Shown: one piece after another, positions 51,874-62,466 of the stretch
How the letters are laid out: each line of letters begins with the position of its first letter
How positions within the stretch are numbered: position 1 is the first letter of the stretch
Source: an uncultured Bacteroidota bacterium
GTDB lineage: Bacteria; Bacteroidota; Ignavibacteria; UBA10030; UBA6906
Assembly (NCBI GenBank): GCA_963700635.1
Contig: CAVOYH010000003.1
Span: 1,536,001 to 1,600,000, forward strand
Length of the DNA stretch: 64,000 nt
Direction of reading: 5' to 3'
Made by a program: the position numbers and the translations under genes
Notes under the pieces: generated by a model
Told to the model about the DNA's origin: nothing
The model's input: only the letters and a program-made list of their open reading frames with translations
The model's database searches: none

Positions 51874-53295
51874 ATGCCGGAGAAGCGCGACCATATCGTG
51901 ATTGACCATCCACTCCTGCTGCATCTGGGGAAGGAGGCTGACCGCCTCGGAGTGGAGGCGTATGTCGTCGGAGGGTACGTGCGGGACTTCCTTCTCGGCA
52001 AAAACGTCCAGGATATTGACATTCTCGTCATGGGCGATGCCATCGCGTTTGCGCATGCGGTTGCCCCGGGGCTCGGCGCGGGCAAGGTGGTCACGTTCGA
52101 ACGGTTCGGGACCGCCATGATCCCTCTGGAGGGAGGAAAGCTGGAGTTTGTCGGCGCGCGGAAGGAGAAATATTCGGGTGAGTCCCGCAAACCGGAGGTC
52201 TCGCCTGCTACGCTGGGTGAGGATCTCTCCCGGAGGGACTTCACCGTCAATGCTCTCGCTGTTGCGTTGAACACCAGGACGCTGGGGAGCCTCCATGATC
52301 CGTTTCATGGCCGGGACGACCTTGAGGCGCGGCGGCTCCGGACTCCGTTGGATCCGCAGCACACATTTGATGACGATCCTCTCCGCATGCTCCGGGCGAT
52401 CCGCTTTGCGTCGCAGCTGGAATTCACCCTTGAGCCTGCAGTGCTTGAGGCCGTGGGTGCGATGAAGGAGAGGCTCCGTATCGTCTCACAGGAACGGATT
52501 ACCGAAGAATTTCTGAAAACGCTGGCGACGGCCAGACCCTCCATCGGTCTGCTCCTCATGCACCGGACAGGGCTCCTGGACATCGTCTTTCCCGAGATCG
52601 CCCAGATGGCCGGCATCGATCAGCGGCGGGACCATCATCACAAAGACGTGTTTCTCCACACGTGCACGGTGGTTGACAACATCGCGCGGACGACGGATGA
52701 CCCCTGGCTCAGGTTTGCCGCGCTGGTTCACGACATAGCAAAACCCCGGACGAAAGCGTATCAGGAGGGTGTGGGCTGGACGTTTCACGGTCACGAAGAG
52801 ATCGGGGCCCGTATGATGAAGAAGATCTTCCAGCGGCTGCGCCTGCCCTATGATCCCCTCCCCCATGTCGAGAAACTGGTTCGCCTGCATCTCCGTCCTA
52901 TGGTGCTGGTGGATGACGGCGTGACGGATTCCGCCGTGCGTCGGTTGATGTTCGAAGCCGGTGAGCACATTGATGATCTGATGAAGCTCTGTCGCGCCGA
53001 TATCACCTCAAAAAACCCCGCCCTTGTTCGCCGCTATCTCAACAACTACGAGATCGTGATGGACAAGATCCGGGAAGTAGAAGAGAAGGACCGTCTCAGG
53101 AACTGGCAGCCTCCGCTGCGGGGAGACGAAATCATGTCGGTGTGCGGTATCCCCCAGGGGAAGAGCGTCGGGCTTCTGAAAAAGGCCATTGAGGAGGCCA
53201 TTCTCGATGGCAGGATCCCAAACGAGCATGATGCGGCGCTGGAGTATCTTCGTTCTATTAAAGAGGATATTCTCCGTTCTTTGCCACTCCCATGA
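51874..53295 (+). CDS. tRNA nucleotidyltransferase (CCA-adding) with HD domain
   Basis: VGGYVRD, DIDI, EDLSRRDFTVNA, DDPLRMLRAIRF, HDIAK. Confidence 0.92.
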   Translation: MPEKRDHIVIDHPLLLHLGKEADRLGVEAYVVGGYVRDFLLGKNVQDIDILVMGDAIAFAHAVAPGLGAGKVVTFERFGTAMIPLEGGKLEFVGARKEKYSGESRKPEVSPATLGEDLSRRDFTVNALAVALNTRTLGSLHDPFHGRDDLEARRLRTPLDPQHTFDDDPLRMLRAIRFASQLEFTLEPAVLEAVGAMKERLRIVSQERITEEFLKTLATARPSIGLLLMHRTGLLDIVFPEIAQMAGIDQRRDHHHKDVFLHTCTVVDNIARTTDDPWLRFAALVHDIAKPRTKAYQEGVGWTFHGHEEIGARMMKKIFQRLRLPYDPLPHVEKLVRLHLRPMVLVDDGVTDSAVRRLMFEAGEHIDDLMKLCRADITSKNPALVRRYLNNYEIVMDKIREVEEKDRLRNWQPPLRGDEIMSVCGIPQGKSVGLLKKAIEEAILDGRIPNEHDAALEYLRSIKEDILRSLPLP

Positions 53296-53320
53296 AACTT
53301 TGAACGCCTTTTCCCGTCTA
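53293..53320 (+). promoter_or_regulatory. ECF-sigma-type promoter of the export operon
   Basis: TGAAAC-N16-CGTCTA. Confidence 0.55.
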
Positions 53321-53451
53321 AGAAGTGAGGAAAAAAGAGGGTCTTCGCGAAGGAACGATCGTCGATTTTCCCGTGTTTTTCATACTCTGAGGGTCTTTCC
53401 CCCACTTTTCCTGACCTTTCGTCTCACAATCATGAAGATATGGAGTACACC

Positions 53452-54789
53452 ATGACCGTGCGTCTCATCGCCCTGAGTGTCGCGCTCATCCTGCTGGTTG
53501 TTCCTTTGCCTGCGCAACCACGAACGCTGACCCTGGAACAGGCAACGCAGATCGCCCTGGAGCGCAATCTGAGCGCTATGCAGGCACGAAACAACGTTGA
53601 TGCCGCGAAGAGTTCGGTTCTTGCTGCTTACGGACGTTACCTGCCCGGCCTCGGCGCTACGGGGGCATGGACCCGGAGCCAGACCGAGGGACCGATCTAC
53701 ACGCAGGGAATCCCCATTCCGGGATCCTCCACCAAGCAGACGACAGGGAGCTTTTCCGGCAACCTCAGCGCCAATCTCCTCCTGTTCGACTCATTTGAAC
53801 GCGAAGCCAATCTGAACCGGGCGAACGCGACATCGGACGCGACCGAGCTCTCCGCGACACGGACACGCCAATCGGTCGTATTCCAGGTGGAAAGCTCGTA
53901 TCTCAACGTACTGCGGCTCGACCAGCTGGTGAAAGTAAGCGAAGAGAATCTCAAACGGGATCGCCGCCAGCTGGAACGCATCATTGAATCGAACCGGGTC
54001 GGGGCGCTTTCTCTCGCGGACGTGTACCGGCAACAGTCGCAGGTGGCCATTGATGAACTGAGCATGATCAATGCGCAGAATTCCTTTGACAAGGCGGAAG
54101 CCGACCTGGTGGCTCTCATCGGACTGAGCGTTGCAGAGGAATTTGCCTTCGTGGACGAATCGGTTTCCACGTCGATTGATTCAACGGATATCGCCTCCAC
54201 GCGATCGAAGTACCGGGACCTGGGTTCACTGACCTCAACGGCGTTGACGTATCGTCCGGACTACCTTGGCACGAAGAAATCGTTCGACGCATCCTCGTCC
54301 GGTATCACGATTGCCCGCGCGGGGTATTTTCCATCGCTGAGCGCTTTCGCGGGAATCAATGCCAACAACGAAGAATTCGGAAAACTGCTGGATTTCAAGA
54401 CTCTCTCCTGGGGTGTACGCCTGAGCTGGACCCTGTTCGACGGATTTGCGACCAATCAGGCGCTCCAGTCGGCGATTGCGACCAGCAGGAATGCGGAACT
54501 GACTCTCGCACAATCCGAGCGGAACATCGGGGTGGAAGTCAAGAAAGCCCTCCTGGACCTCGAAGCTGCCATGAAGCAGTATGAAGTAAGCCAGAAAGGG
54601 ATGACGTCGGCGAGGGAAGACCGCAAGATCGCAGAAGAGCGGTACAATCTCGGTGCCGGCACCCTGCTTGACCTTCTGGTCGCGAGCGCGAATTTCGTCA
54701 ACGCTGAAGCAAATGTCGTCAACGCCTCGTATAACTATATTATTGCAAAACGCAACGTAGAATACGTCCTCGGCGAGAGGGTCTACTAA
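53452..54789 (+). CDS. TolC-family outer-membrane efflux protein
   Basis: Signal peptide, LTLEQATQIALERN, YLP/YFP repeats, LFDGF, ERYNLGAGTLLDLL. Confidence 0.92.
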   Translation: MTVRLIALSVALILLVVPLPAQPRTLTLEQATQIALERNLSAMQARNNVDAAKSSVLAAYGRYLPGLGATGAWTRSQTEGPIYTQGIPIPGSSTKQTTGSFSGNLSANLLLFDSFEREANLNRANATSDATELSATRTRQSVVFQVESSYLNVLRLDQLVKVSEENLKRDRRQLERIIESNRVGALSLADVYRQQSQVAIDELSMINAQNSFDKAEADLVALIGLSVAEEFAFVDESVSTSIDSTDIASTRSKYRDLGSLTSTALTYRPDYLGTKKSFDASSSGITIARAGYFPSLSAFAGINANNEEFGKLLDFKTLSWGVRLSWTLFDGFATNQALQSAIATSRNAELTLAQSERNIGVEVKKALLDLEAAMKQYEVSQKGMTSAREDRKIAEERYNLGAGTLLDLLVASANFVNAEANVVNASYNYIIAKRNVEYVLGERVY

Positions 54790-54811
54790 AGGATTGGAAG
54801 GAGATCCACGA

Positions 54812-56077
54812 ATGGCAAAGAACGGTAAGAAATCGAAAAAACGGATCATTATCTTTTCCGTCCTCGGGGTACTGGTGATCGCCCTTGCGCTTGTTGTCTT
54901 CCTCGGAAGCAAGAAGGAGCCGGTGATCACGGTTCAGGTGGAGAAGGTGGCTGCGCGCACTGTGACGCAGATGGTGACTGCGACAGGAAAGATCCAGCCC
55001 GAGGTGCTGGTAAAAATTACGCCCGAAGTGAGCGGTGAAATTGTGGCACTGCCGGTGAAGGAAGGGCAGCGGGTGAAGAAGGGCGACCTTCTGATGAAGA
55101 TCAAACCCGACTTCTACGCTGCGCAGCGCGACCAGGCTTCCGCAGGCTTGCTGCAGGCCAAAGCCGGTCTTAGCAGGACCGAGCCGGAATTCCGGCGGGT
55201 TGAGACACTGTTCAAGAAGGGACTGGCTTCGGAATCGGAATTTGACCAGGCACGTGCGAGCTACGAGGCGAGCAAGGCGACGTTCGCACAGGCCACGGCC
55301 TCGCTGAACCAGGCCGAAGAGAGCCTTCGCAAGACTATTGTCCTTGCACCGATGGATGGAACGGTGAGCCAGTTGAACTCCGAACTCGGCGAGCGTGTCC
55401 TCGGGACGGTTCAGTTTCAGGGGACTGATGTCATGACGATTGCCGATCTCTCCCGGATGGAGGCCCGCGTCGACGTCAGCGAGAATGACGTCATCCTCGT
55501 CTCTGTAGGCGATACCGCCAAGATCGAGGTGGACGCCTTCCCCGACAGGAAGGTCAACGCCGTCGTCTATGAAATCGCCAATACGGCCACGTCCAAAGGA
55601 CTGGGCACACAGGAAGAAGTCACGAATTTCGAAGTCAAGATGCGCATCGTGACCCCGGGAATCACCCTCCGCCCGGGTATGTCGATGACTGCAGATATTC
55701 AGACCGAGACCAAGCAGAATGTTCTCACTGTTCCCATTCAGAGTGTCACGACCCGGATGCCGAAGATGGAAGTGAAAGAAGGGGAAGGGGATGGCCAGAG
55801 TGGCGTGGTCCTCGCTTCGAATGCACCGAAGAGGAAGGAAGAGGACAAACCGAAGGAGATCGTGTTCATCGTGGAGAACGGTGCGGCGAAAGCGGTTCCG
55901 GTGAAAAGGGGTATCAGTGACGATACATACACCGAAATCACCGAGGGGATCGGCGAAGGGGTCCAGGTGGTGTCGGGGACGTATAAGGCCATCAACCGCG
56001 AGCTCGAAGATGGAACAAAGGTCCGGATCGAAGAACAGAAAAAAACCGGGGTGAGAAAGACCGGCGAGGGTACGTAA
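54812..56077 (+). CDS. MacA-like periplasmic adaptor (membrane fusion protein)
   Basis: TM anchor, [41 protein letters not shown]. Confidence 0.92.
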   Translation: MAKNGKKSKKRIIIFSVLGVLVIALALVVFLGSKKEPVITVQVEKVAARTVTQMVTATGKIQPEVLVKITPEVSGEIVALPVKEGQRVKKGDLLMKIKPDFYAAQRDQASAGLLQAKAGLSRTEPEFRRVETLFKKGLASESEFDQARASYEASKATFAQATASLNQAEESLRKTIVLAPMDGTVSQLNSELGERVLGTVQFQGTDVMTIADLSRMEARVDVSENDVILVSVGDTAKIEVDAFPDRKVNAVVYEIANTATSKGLGTQEEVTNFEVKMRIVTPGITLRPGMSMTADIQTETKQNVLTVPIQSVTTRMPKMEVKEGEGDGQSGVVLASNAPKRKEEDKPKEIVFIVENGAAKAVPVKRGISDDTYTEITEGIGEGVQVVSGTYKAINRELEDGTKVRIEEQKKTGVRKTGEGT

Positions 56078-56078
56078 C

Positions 56079-56798
56079 ATGAACGTCATTGAACTGAAAG
56101 ATATCGTCAAGACGTATGACATGGGAGGAGCGGAGCAGGTGCTGGCTCTCCGCGGGGTGACCATGTCGATTGCCAAGAACGAGTATGTGGCCATTATGGG
56201 TCCGTCGGGATCCGGAAAATCCACCCTGATGAACGTCATCGGGTGTCTGGATACGCCCACGTCGGGGATGTATCAGTTCAACGGCGTTAATGTCAGTGAA
56301 ATGGACGACAACGAACTGGCGAGGGTGCGGAACAAGGAGATCGGGTTCGTGTTTCAGACCTTCAATCTGCTTCCGCGATCGGACGCCCTTCACAATGTGG
56401 AGCTGCCGTTAATCTATGCCGGCATATCTTCCACAGATCGGAAAGAGCGGGCGCTGGCGACACTGGGGCACGTGGGTCTGGGCGACCGGGTTCACCATAA
56501 GCCGAATGAGCTTTCGGGCGGGCAGCGCCAGCGTGTTGCAGTTGCCCGGGCGCTTGTGACGCATCCTTCGATCATCCTTGCCGACGAGCCGACAGGCAAT
56601 CTCGACACCAAGACGGGCGAAGAGATTATGATGCTGTTTGAAGAACTCCATCATCAGGGCAACACGATGATCCTCGTGACCCATGAAGCGGACGTTGCCG
56701 CGCATGCCCATCGTGTGGTTCGTCTGCGCGACGGAAAAATCGAGACGGATGAAATCGTCCGGGCCCGCAAGACATACGCGGCGGCCGGTGCTTCGTGA
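56079..56798 (+). CDS. MacB/LolD-type ABC transporter ATP-binding protein
   Basis: [44 protein letters not shown]. Confidence 0.95.
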   Translation: MNVIELKDIVKTYDMGGAEQVLALRGVTMSIAKNEYVAIMGPSGSGKSTLMNVIGCLDTPTSGMYQFNGVNVSEMDDNELARVRNKEIGFVFQTFNLLPRSDALHNVELPLIYAGISSTDRKERALATLGHVGLGDRVHHKPNELSGGQRQRVAVARALVTHPSIILADEPTGNLDTKTGEEIMMLFEELHHQGNTMILVTHEADVAAHAHRVVRLRDGKIETDEIVRARKTYAAAGAS

Positions 56799-56816
56799 TA
56801 CCAATGGGAGACGGGG

Positions 56817-58043
56817 ATGGCTCTATTCACTGAGATCAAAGAGGGATTGCTGATTGCGCTCGGCGCCATCCGCGCGAACAAGATGCGGTCGGTGCTGACC
56901 ACCCTCGGCATCGTGATCGGGATCGTTTCCGTGACCTTGATGGCAACCGCGATCGAAGGGGTCAACAGGGCATTCGAGCGGAGTGCAGCGGCCTTCGGCA
57001 CGGATGTTCTGTATGTCCAGAGGTTTCCGTGGGTGGGAAATGAGGACTGGGCGACGATCCGCAACCGCAGGATGCTCGAAGCGGACTACGCCGCAAAGAT
57101 CGAACGGCAGTCACTCTTCTCCGATGCCGTCGCGCCGGTCATTGCAACCCGCCGGCGTGTGTATCGCGGCAATGAAAGCATGGAGGATGCATTCATCAGC
57201 GGGACCACCAATCAGTACATGAATGCCGCGGGTGTGACGCTGCAGGATGGTCGCTTCTTCACTGCCGAGGAATCCAACGGCGGCCGACCTGTATGCGCCA
57301 TCGGCGCCAATATCGCGGAGACGCTGTTTCCGACGGAAGACCCGATCGGAAAGATCATCCGCGTGGCCGGACATCCGTATACTGTGCTCGGCATCTTTGA
57401 GAAGCAGGGAGGGTTGTTTGGTGTCTTCACGTCGGACAACCGCGTCTTCGTCCCCCTGCTCTCGTTCCAGAGCCACTTCGGCGGCAGGCGGCGGGACGTC
57501 ACAATCCAGGTGCGGGTAAACGATCTCAAACAGATGGATGATGCCAAGCTCGAGATCGAAGGGATCATGCGGAAACTGCGCCGTATCGCCCCCGGAAAAC
57601 CAAACGATTTCAACATCAACCAGCAGGAACTGCTGACCGCGACTTTCGCGCCGATCAGCCTGGTCATCGCCTCTATCGGCTTGTTCATTACCGGTCTGGC
57701 ATTGTTTGTCGGCGGAATCGGGATTATGAACATCATGTTTGTGTCGGTGACCGAACGGACCCGGGAAATCGGTATCCGGAAAGCCATTGGAGCGCGGCAG
57801 CGCTCGATACTGTTCCAGTTCCTGATCGAGGCGTCAGCCCTCTGCCTGTTCGGCGGGCTGGTCGGACTGGCAATCTCGTTTCCGTTGAGTCTGATCGTCG
57901 ATCAGGTGTTACCGACTGCCATGCCATTGTCCGTGGTCTTTGTTTCCATCGTCATTTCGCTCGTTGTCGGCGTTGTGTCGGGCTTCCTGCCGGCCTACCG
58001 GGCTTCGAAAATGGATCCCGTGGAGGCACTTCGCTATGAGTAA
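56817..58043 (+). CDS. MacB/FtsX-type ABC permease
   Basis: RSVLTTLGIVIG, GIMNIMFVSVTERTREIGIRKAIGA, DPVEALRYE. Confidence 0.93.
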   Translation: MALFTEIKEGLLIALGAIRANKMRSVLTTLGIVIGIVSVTLMATAIEGVNRAFERSAAAFGTDVLYVQRFPWVGNEDWATIRNRRMLEADYAAKIERQSLFSDAVAPVIATRRRVYRGNESMEDAFISGTTNQYMNAAGVTLQDGRFFTAEESNGGRPVCAIGANIAETLFPTEDPIGKIIRVAGHPYTVLGIFEKQGGLFGVFTSDNRVFVPLLSFQSHFGGRRRDVTIQVRVNDLKQMDDAKLEIEGIMRKLRRIAPGKPNDFNINQQELLTATFAPISLVIASIGLFITGLALFVGGIGIMNIMFVSVTERTREIGIRKAIGARQRSILFQFLIEASALCLFGGLVGLAISFPLSLIVDQVLPTAMPLSVVFVSIVISLVVGVVSGFLPAYRASKMDPVEALRYE

Positions 58044-59292
58044 ACTGGCCATGGAGTGGGCGACCTTTCGCGAGAGCCTTCAGATGGCGTTGTCGGCCAT
58101 TCGCAACAGCAAGCTCCGGTCTCTCCTCACGCTGCTCGGTATCGCCGTGGGCGTCTTCTCGATCATCTCCGTGATGACCGGAGTGGGCGTGCTGCGGAAC
58201 AGCATCGAGGAAGGGATGATGCAGCTCGGCTCAAACACCTTTCAGGTGCAGAAGTATCCAGCGTTCAACACGGGGCCACGGGACCGGGCCCGGTTCAGGA
58301 ACCGGAAAGACATTACCATTGAGCAGGCCGAGCTGGTGCAGGAACGGGCCACCCTGGCAGAGGCCGTCGGCATCGAAATGTGGCAATTCGGGAAAATGGT
58401 GGTGTGGAAAGGGGAGAAGACGAACCCCAATATCTCCGTGGCCGGCGAGAACCTCGCGGGCCTCATTACCAACGACTGGACCATCGAAAACGGCAGATCG
58501 CTCTCGTTGCAGGATATTGAGCTGGCGAGAGATGTTGTCATCCTCGGCAATGCGCTCGCAGAGAAGCTGTTCCCGCCGAGCATCAATCCGATCGGGGAGC
58601 GGGTCCGCGTCGACGGATCCATCTACCAGGTGATCGGTGTGTTTGCGAAGAAGGGAGGCGCCCTGGGTGGGAACCAGGACAATTTCGTTGCGATGCCCAT
58701 CACCTCCTTCATGCAGAAGTACGGCAGGGCAAGCCGGAGCGTCAATATCATGGTGAAGGCAAAGAGCCGTGAGGTGGTGGAGGATGCGATCGAACAGGTG
58801 CGGTTCATCCTCAGGACGGCCCGCAAGGTCCCGCCCGGCACCGAGGATGATTTCGCGTACTTCTCCAATGACTCTCTCATCAACCAGTTCAACGAGTTCA
58901 CGCTCTACCTCCGGCTCGGCGTTCTGCTGGTCAGTTCCATCGCGCTGCTCGCCGCCGGCGTGGGCATCATGAATATCATGCTTGTGTCTGTGACCGAGCG
59001 CACGCGGGAGATCGGCATCCGCAAGGCGATCGGAGCACAAAAGCGCGACATCCTCGCACAGTTCATGATCGAGGCAATTATACTCTGCGAGATCGGAGGG
59101 ATCATCGGTGTCATCGCGGGGATCCTGGGCGGCAACGTCGTCGGACTGCTGCTCGAGGTGCCAGCGATTATCCCCTGGGATTGGGCGATTGTTGGTATTG
59201 TCGTCTGCTCTATTGTAGGACTGGTTTTCGGCGTCTACCCTGCGTGGAAGGCTGCGAACCTGGACCCGATTGAAGCCTTGCGGTACGAATAA
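58036..59292 (+). CDS. MacB/FtsX-type ABC permease (second paralog)
   Basis: RSLLTLLGIAVG, GIMNIMLVSVTERTREIGIRKAIGA, DPIEALRYE. Confidence 0.93.
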   Translation: MSKLAMEWATFRESLQMALSAIRNSKLRSLLTLLGIAVGVFSIISVMTGVGVLRNSIEEGMMQLGSNTFQVQKYPAFNTGPRDRARFRNRKDITIEQAELVQERATLAEAVGIEMWQFGKMVVWKGEKTNPNISVAGENLAGLITNDWTIENGRSLSLQDIELARDVVILGNALAEKLFPPSINPIGERVRVDGSIYQVIGVFAKKGGALGGNQDNFVAMPITSFMQKYGRASRSVNIMVKAKSREVVEDAIEQVRFILRTARKVPPGTEDDFAYFSNDSLINQFNEFTLYLRLGVLLVSSIALLAAGVGIMNIMLVSVTERTREIGIRKAIGAQKRDILAQFMIEAIILCEIGGIIGVIAGILGGNVVGLLLEVPAIIPWDWAIVGIVVCSIVGLVFGVYPAWKAANLDPIEALRYE

Positions 59293-59296
59293 GACG

Positions 59297-60844
59297 ATGT
59301 CGTTGAACTCTCGCGGGCTGCGGGTAGCCGGTATTCTGGTACTACTGGGAACAGCAACGGCAGTGCTCTCCGCCCAACAGGAACGGCCGTACAGTCCGGT
59401 TTTCAAGAATCGTGTCGTCCCCCCTCCCCCCCTTCTCAGACAATCGGACGCTCTTCAGGAAATCTGGCAGGCATTTCTCGTTTCGCGGAAGGCCCATGGC
59501 GGCGATCCTGTGGCGCAGCACGAACTGGGTGTGCGGTCCATGCTCGGCCGGGGCGTTGAGGCGGACACTGTTCAGGCTGCATACTGGTTCGAGCAGGCGT
59601 CGGCCCGCAACATGCTCTCGTCCCGTTTCAATCTCGGTATTCTCCGGTACCACGGCTGGGGAGAGTCGTGGAATCCCTTTACTTCGTATGAAGCGTTCCT
59701 GTCATGCGCAGAGTCAGGAATGGCGGATGCGCAATTTGCCGTTGCGCTGTTCTATCTTGACAATCTCGTCGTGCCGCGTGATTATCGCCGGGCCCTTTCG
59801 TGGGCTCGCCGGGCAGCTGAAAACGGATTTGAACCAGCCAAAGAAGCCGTGCCACAGCTTGAGAAGAGTATTGCCCGCGACACCGCAAAGATTGAACCGG
59901 GCGATGGAACTCCCTCAGAAGCGATACCGTTTCTCAGCGAGGACGCCGGAGACACGGCCACACAACGCGTTGGGGATGCTTTTGTCAAATCGGTTGCCCT
60001 GGGAGGCGACCCCGAACTCCGCAAATCGCTTGGACTCGCCCGCATGCTGGACGCGGATCTGTCCGTTGATTCGCTCCGCCGGAGGGGCATCACCGCTGCA
60101 GCCGCCACCGGCAGCCCGGAAGCCCTTGCAGTTCTTGGCCGGTACCGGGAAAAGGGAGCCGATGGGACACGGGATGTCGTGCAGGCGTGTGGCTACTATG
60201 TGCGGGCGGTGCGCATGGACTGGCCCCGGGCCGCGCGCCTTCTCTGGAACCTTGTCCACCAGAACGGCGTGGTCAGCGAGATCCGTACGCGCGCACGGAA
60301 GGGCGACAACGATGCGCAGTATGTCTGGGTGGCGCTTCTCGCGCTCGGCTATGAATCCGTCCTGATGCAGGAGCAAGCCCTTCTCACCCCGGAGCAGGCG
60401 GTCCGCCTCTTGCGGAAGGGGGCCGAACAGGATCACCTCCCTTCGCTCGTCGAGTTGGGTCTGTGCGCGTACGCCGGACGATGGATGCCGCAGAATACAG
60501 GCGAGGCGGTCAGACTCTGGAAACGGGCAAGCGCGTTGGGAAGTCGGGAAGCGGATATCCGGTTGGCCGTCCTTCAGGTTCAGAACCCGCAGGACTCGCT
60601 GACATTGAAGCAGGCGGTGTCAACACTCGGGCAGGCAGCGGAGGATGGGTCGATCCTCGCCGAAGTGGCCCTCGGGTATTGCTACGAACATGGTGTCGGT
60701 GTCCCCCCCCGGCTTGCAGAATCCGTCCGCCTGTACCGTATCGCTGCGCGGAGGGGGAGTCAGGATGCGTACAGGTCGTTGCAGCGCCTCCATGACGCCA
60801 TACGTCCGACAAACCCCACCTATCGCGTGGAGGATAACGGCTAG
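59297..60844 (+). CDS. Secreted Sel1-like repeat protein
   Basis: Signal peptide; AQHELG...GRGVEAD..QAAYWF, ALSWARRAAENG, LGYCYEHGVGV repeats. Confidence 0.88.
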   Translation: MSLNSRGLRVAGILVLLGTATAVLSAQQERPYSPVFKNRVVPPPPLLRQSDALQEIWQAFLVSRKAHGGDPVAQHELGVRSMLGRGVEADTVQAAYWFEQASARNMLSSRFNLGILRYHGWGESWNPFTSYEAFLSCAESGMADAQFAVALFYLDNLVVPRDYRRALSWARRAAENGFEPAKEAVPQLEKSIARDTAKIEPGDGTPSEAIPFLSEDAGDTATQRVGDAFVKSVALGGDPELRKSLGLARMLDADLSVDSLRRRGITAAAATGSPEALAVLGRYREKGADGTRDVVQACGYYVRAVRMDWPRAARLLWNLVHQNGVVSEIRTRARKGDNDAQYVWVALLALGYESVLMQEQALLTPEQAVRLLRKGAEQDHLPSLVELGLCAYAGRWMPQNTGEAVRLWKRASALGSREADIRLAVLQVQNPQDSLTLKQAVSTLGQAAEDGSILAEVALGYCYEHGVGVPPRLAESVRLYRIAARRGSQDAYRSLQRLHDAIRPTNPTYRVEDNG

Positions 60845-60845
60845 G

Positions 60846-62459
60846 TCATGTGTCCAGCTGTTCTCCGACCGGCCTGCCCCGCAGAGCGCCGCGGAGTGTG
60901 CTGAGCATGTCGTTCACGGTGAACGGCTTGTGCACGACTCCCAGCGCCCCCAGTTTCAACAATTCTTCCGTCTTCTCCTTCTTGACGTATCCCGTGCTGA
61001 ATACTACCTTGACGTCCGGCCTGATCGCACGGAGCATCGTGAACACGTCATCACCGGACACTTTTGGAAGGCCCAAATCGAGCAGTACGAGGTTGATGCG
61101 CGTGTGATAGGTACGGAACATGGTAACACCTTCGTTGCCGTCAACGGCTTCCAGCACATCGTACCCTGCACGCGTCAGCACTTCCCGGATCAGGGCTCTC
61201 AGCATCTCCTCATCTTCCACGACGAGAATCGTTTCTTTGATCCCCGGCGCCAGCGTCAACTCATCCGGTGCGGTGAAGTCGTTGATACTGGTTTCCACAG
61301 GGACATACAGGGTCACCGTCGTTCCTTTTCCGGGTGTGCTGTCCACGGTGACGAAGCCGTGATGACTTGAGACGATGCCATAGACCACGGAGAGACCGAG
61401 GCCGTTGAACATTGCGCGGTCGCGGGTCGTGAAAAATGGTTCAAAGATATGGTGCGTGACAGACTCGTCCATCCCCTCTCCGGTGTCCTGAATACTGATG
61501 CAGACATATGTTCCGTCCTGTGGATTCGGAAAGCGGGAACGGAGCGTCGCGCCGCTTACCCTGCCGGTTGTCACGGTGATGGTCCCCCCGTGCGGCATGG
61601 CATCACGCGCATTCAGCAGGACATTGAGCAGGGCCTGATGAAACTGGTTCTGATCCGCCAGGATAGACGGGTGCGCGGGATCCAGGTGCTGTGCATACGC
61701 AATGGTCTTCGGGAAGACTTCGGCGACCATCCGCAGGAGGTCCTGCACAACGCTGTTCACGTTGACGGATGCAAACTCGAGGTTTGACTTGGTTGTTACG
61801 CCGACGAGTTGCTGGATCAATGCCGCTCCCCGGCGAACGGCCTGGTTGATGGCATTGAGGCTCTGGGAGACCTTTGCGGGATCGTCCAGGGTCCGTTCGA
61901 GGCGTGAAGAATACCCGAGAATGATTGCGAGGATGTTGTTAAGGTTGTGTGCGAGGCCGACTACCAGGGTACCGATCGATTCCATCTTCTGGGCCTCGAC
62001 CAGTTGTGCCTTGAGGGCATGGCGCTGGTTTTCGGTCTGCCGTTTGTAGAGCGCCATCTCGAGCGTGGTGCGCAGTTCGCTGTCCTCGAAAGGCTTAAGG
62101 AGGTACCCGAACGGTTCGGTGACTTTTGCCCGCTCGATCGTCGTACGGTCGGCGTATGCGGAAAGATAGATGACCGGAATCCCGAAGCGCTGCTGGATGC
62201 GTTCAGCCGCGTCGATTCCGTCCATGTCTCCCTCGAGGCGGATATCCATCAACACCAGATCGGGGTGTTGCTGTCCGGCTGCCCGGACGGCGTCTTCTCC
62301 GGTGGATACGGTGTCGAGGACCGTGTACCCGAGCCGATGGAGTCGTGACCGCAGATCGCCGGCCACGATGCGCTCGTCTTCGACTATCAGGATTCCTGGG
62401 CGGGTTAACGCCGGCGGTGACGGCGGATGTGACGGTGTGGTTTGTTGAACGTCGTCCAT
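60846..62459 (-). CDS. Hybrid histidine kinase REC-HisKA-HATPase-REC (no sensor domain)
   Basis: ILIVEDE...LVLMDIRL, AQKMESIGTL, LAHNLNNIL, NARDAM, DTGEGM, FEPFFTT, C-terminal REC. Confidence 0.9.
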   Translation of the reverse strand: MDDVQQTTPSHPPSPPALTRPGILIVEDERIVAGDLRSRLHRLGYTVLDTVSTGEDAVRAAGQQHPDLVLMDIRLEGDMDGIDAAERIQQRFGIPVIYLSAYADRTTIERAKVTEPFGYLLKPFEDSELRTTLEMALYKRQTENQRHALKAQLVEAQKMESIGTLVVGLAHNLNNILAIILGYSSRLERTLDDPAKVSQSLNAINQAVRRGAALIQQLVGVTTKSNLEFASVNVNSVVQDLLRMVAEVFPKTIAYAQHLDPAHPSILADQNQFHQALLNVLLNARDAMPHGGTITVTTGRVSGATLRSRFPNPQDGTYVCISIQDTGEGMDESVTHHIFEPFFTTRDRAMFNGLGLSVVYGIVSSHHGFVTVDSTPGKGTTVTLYVPVETSINDFTAPDELTLAPGIKETILVVEDEEMLRALIREVLTRAGYDVLEAVDGNEGVTMFRTYHTRINLVLLDLGLPKVSGDDVFTMLRAIRPDVKVVFSTGYVKKEKTEELLKLGALGVVHKPFTVNDMLSTLRGALRGRPVGEQLDT

Positions 62460-62466
62460 GACAATC

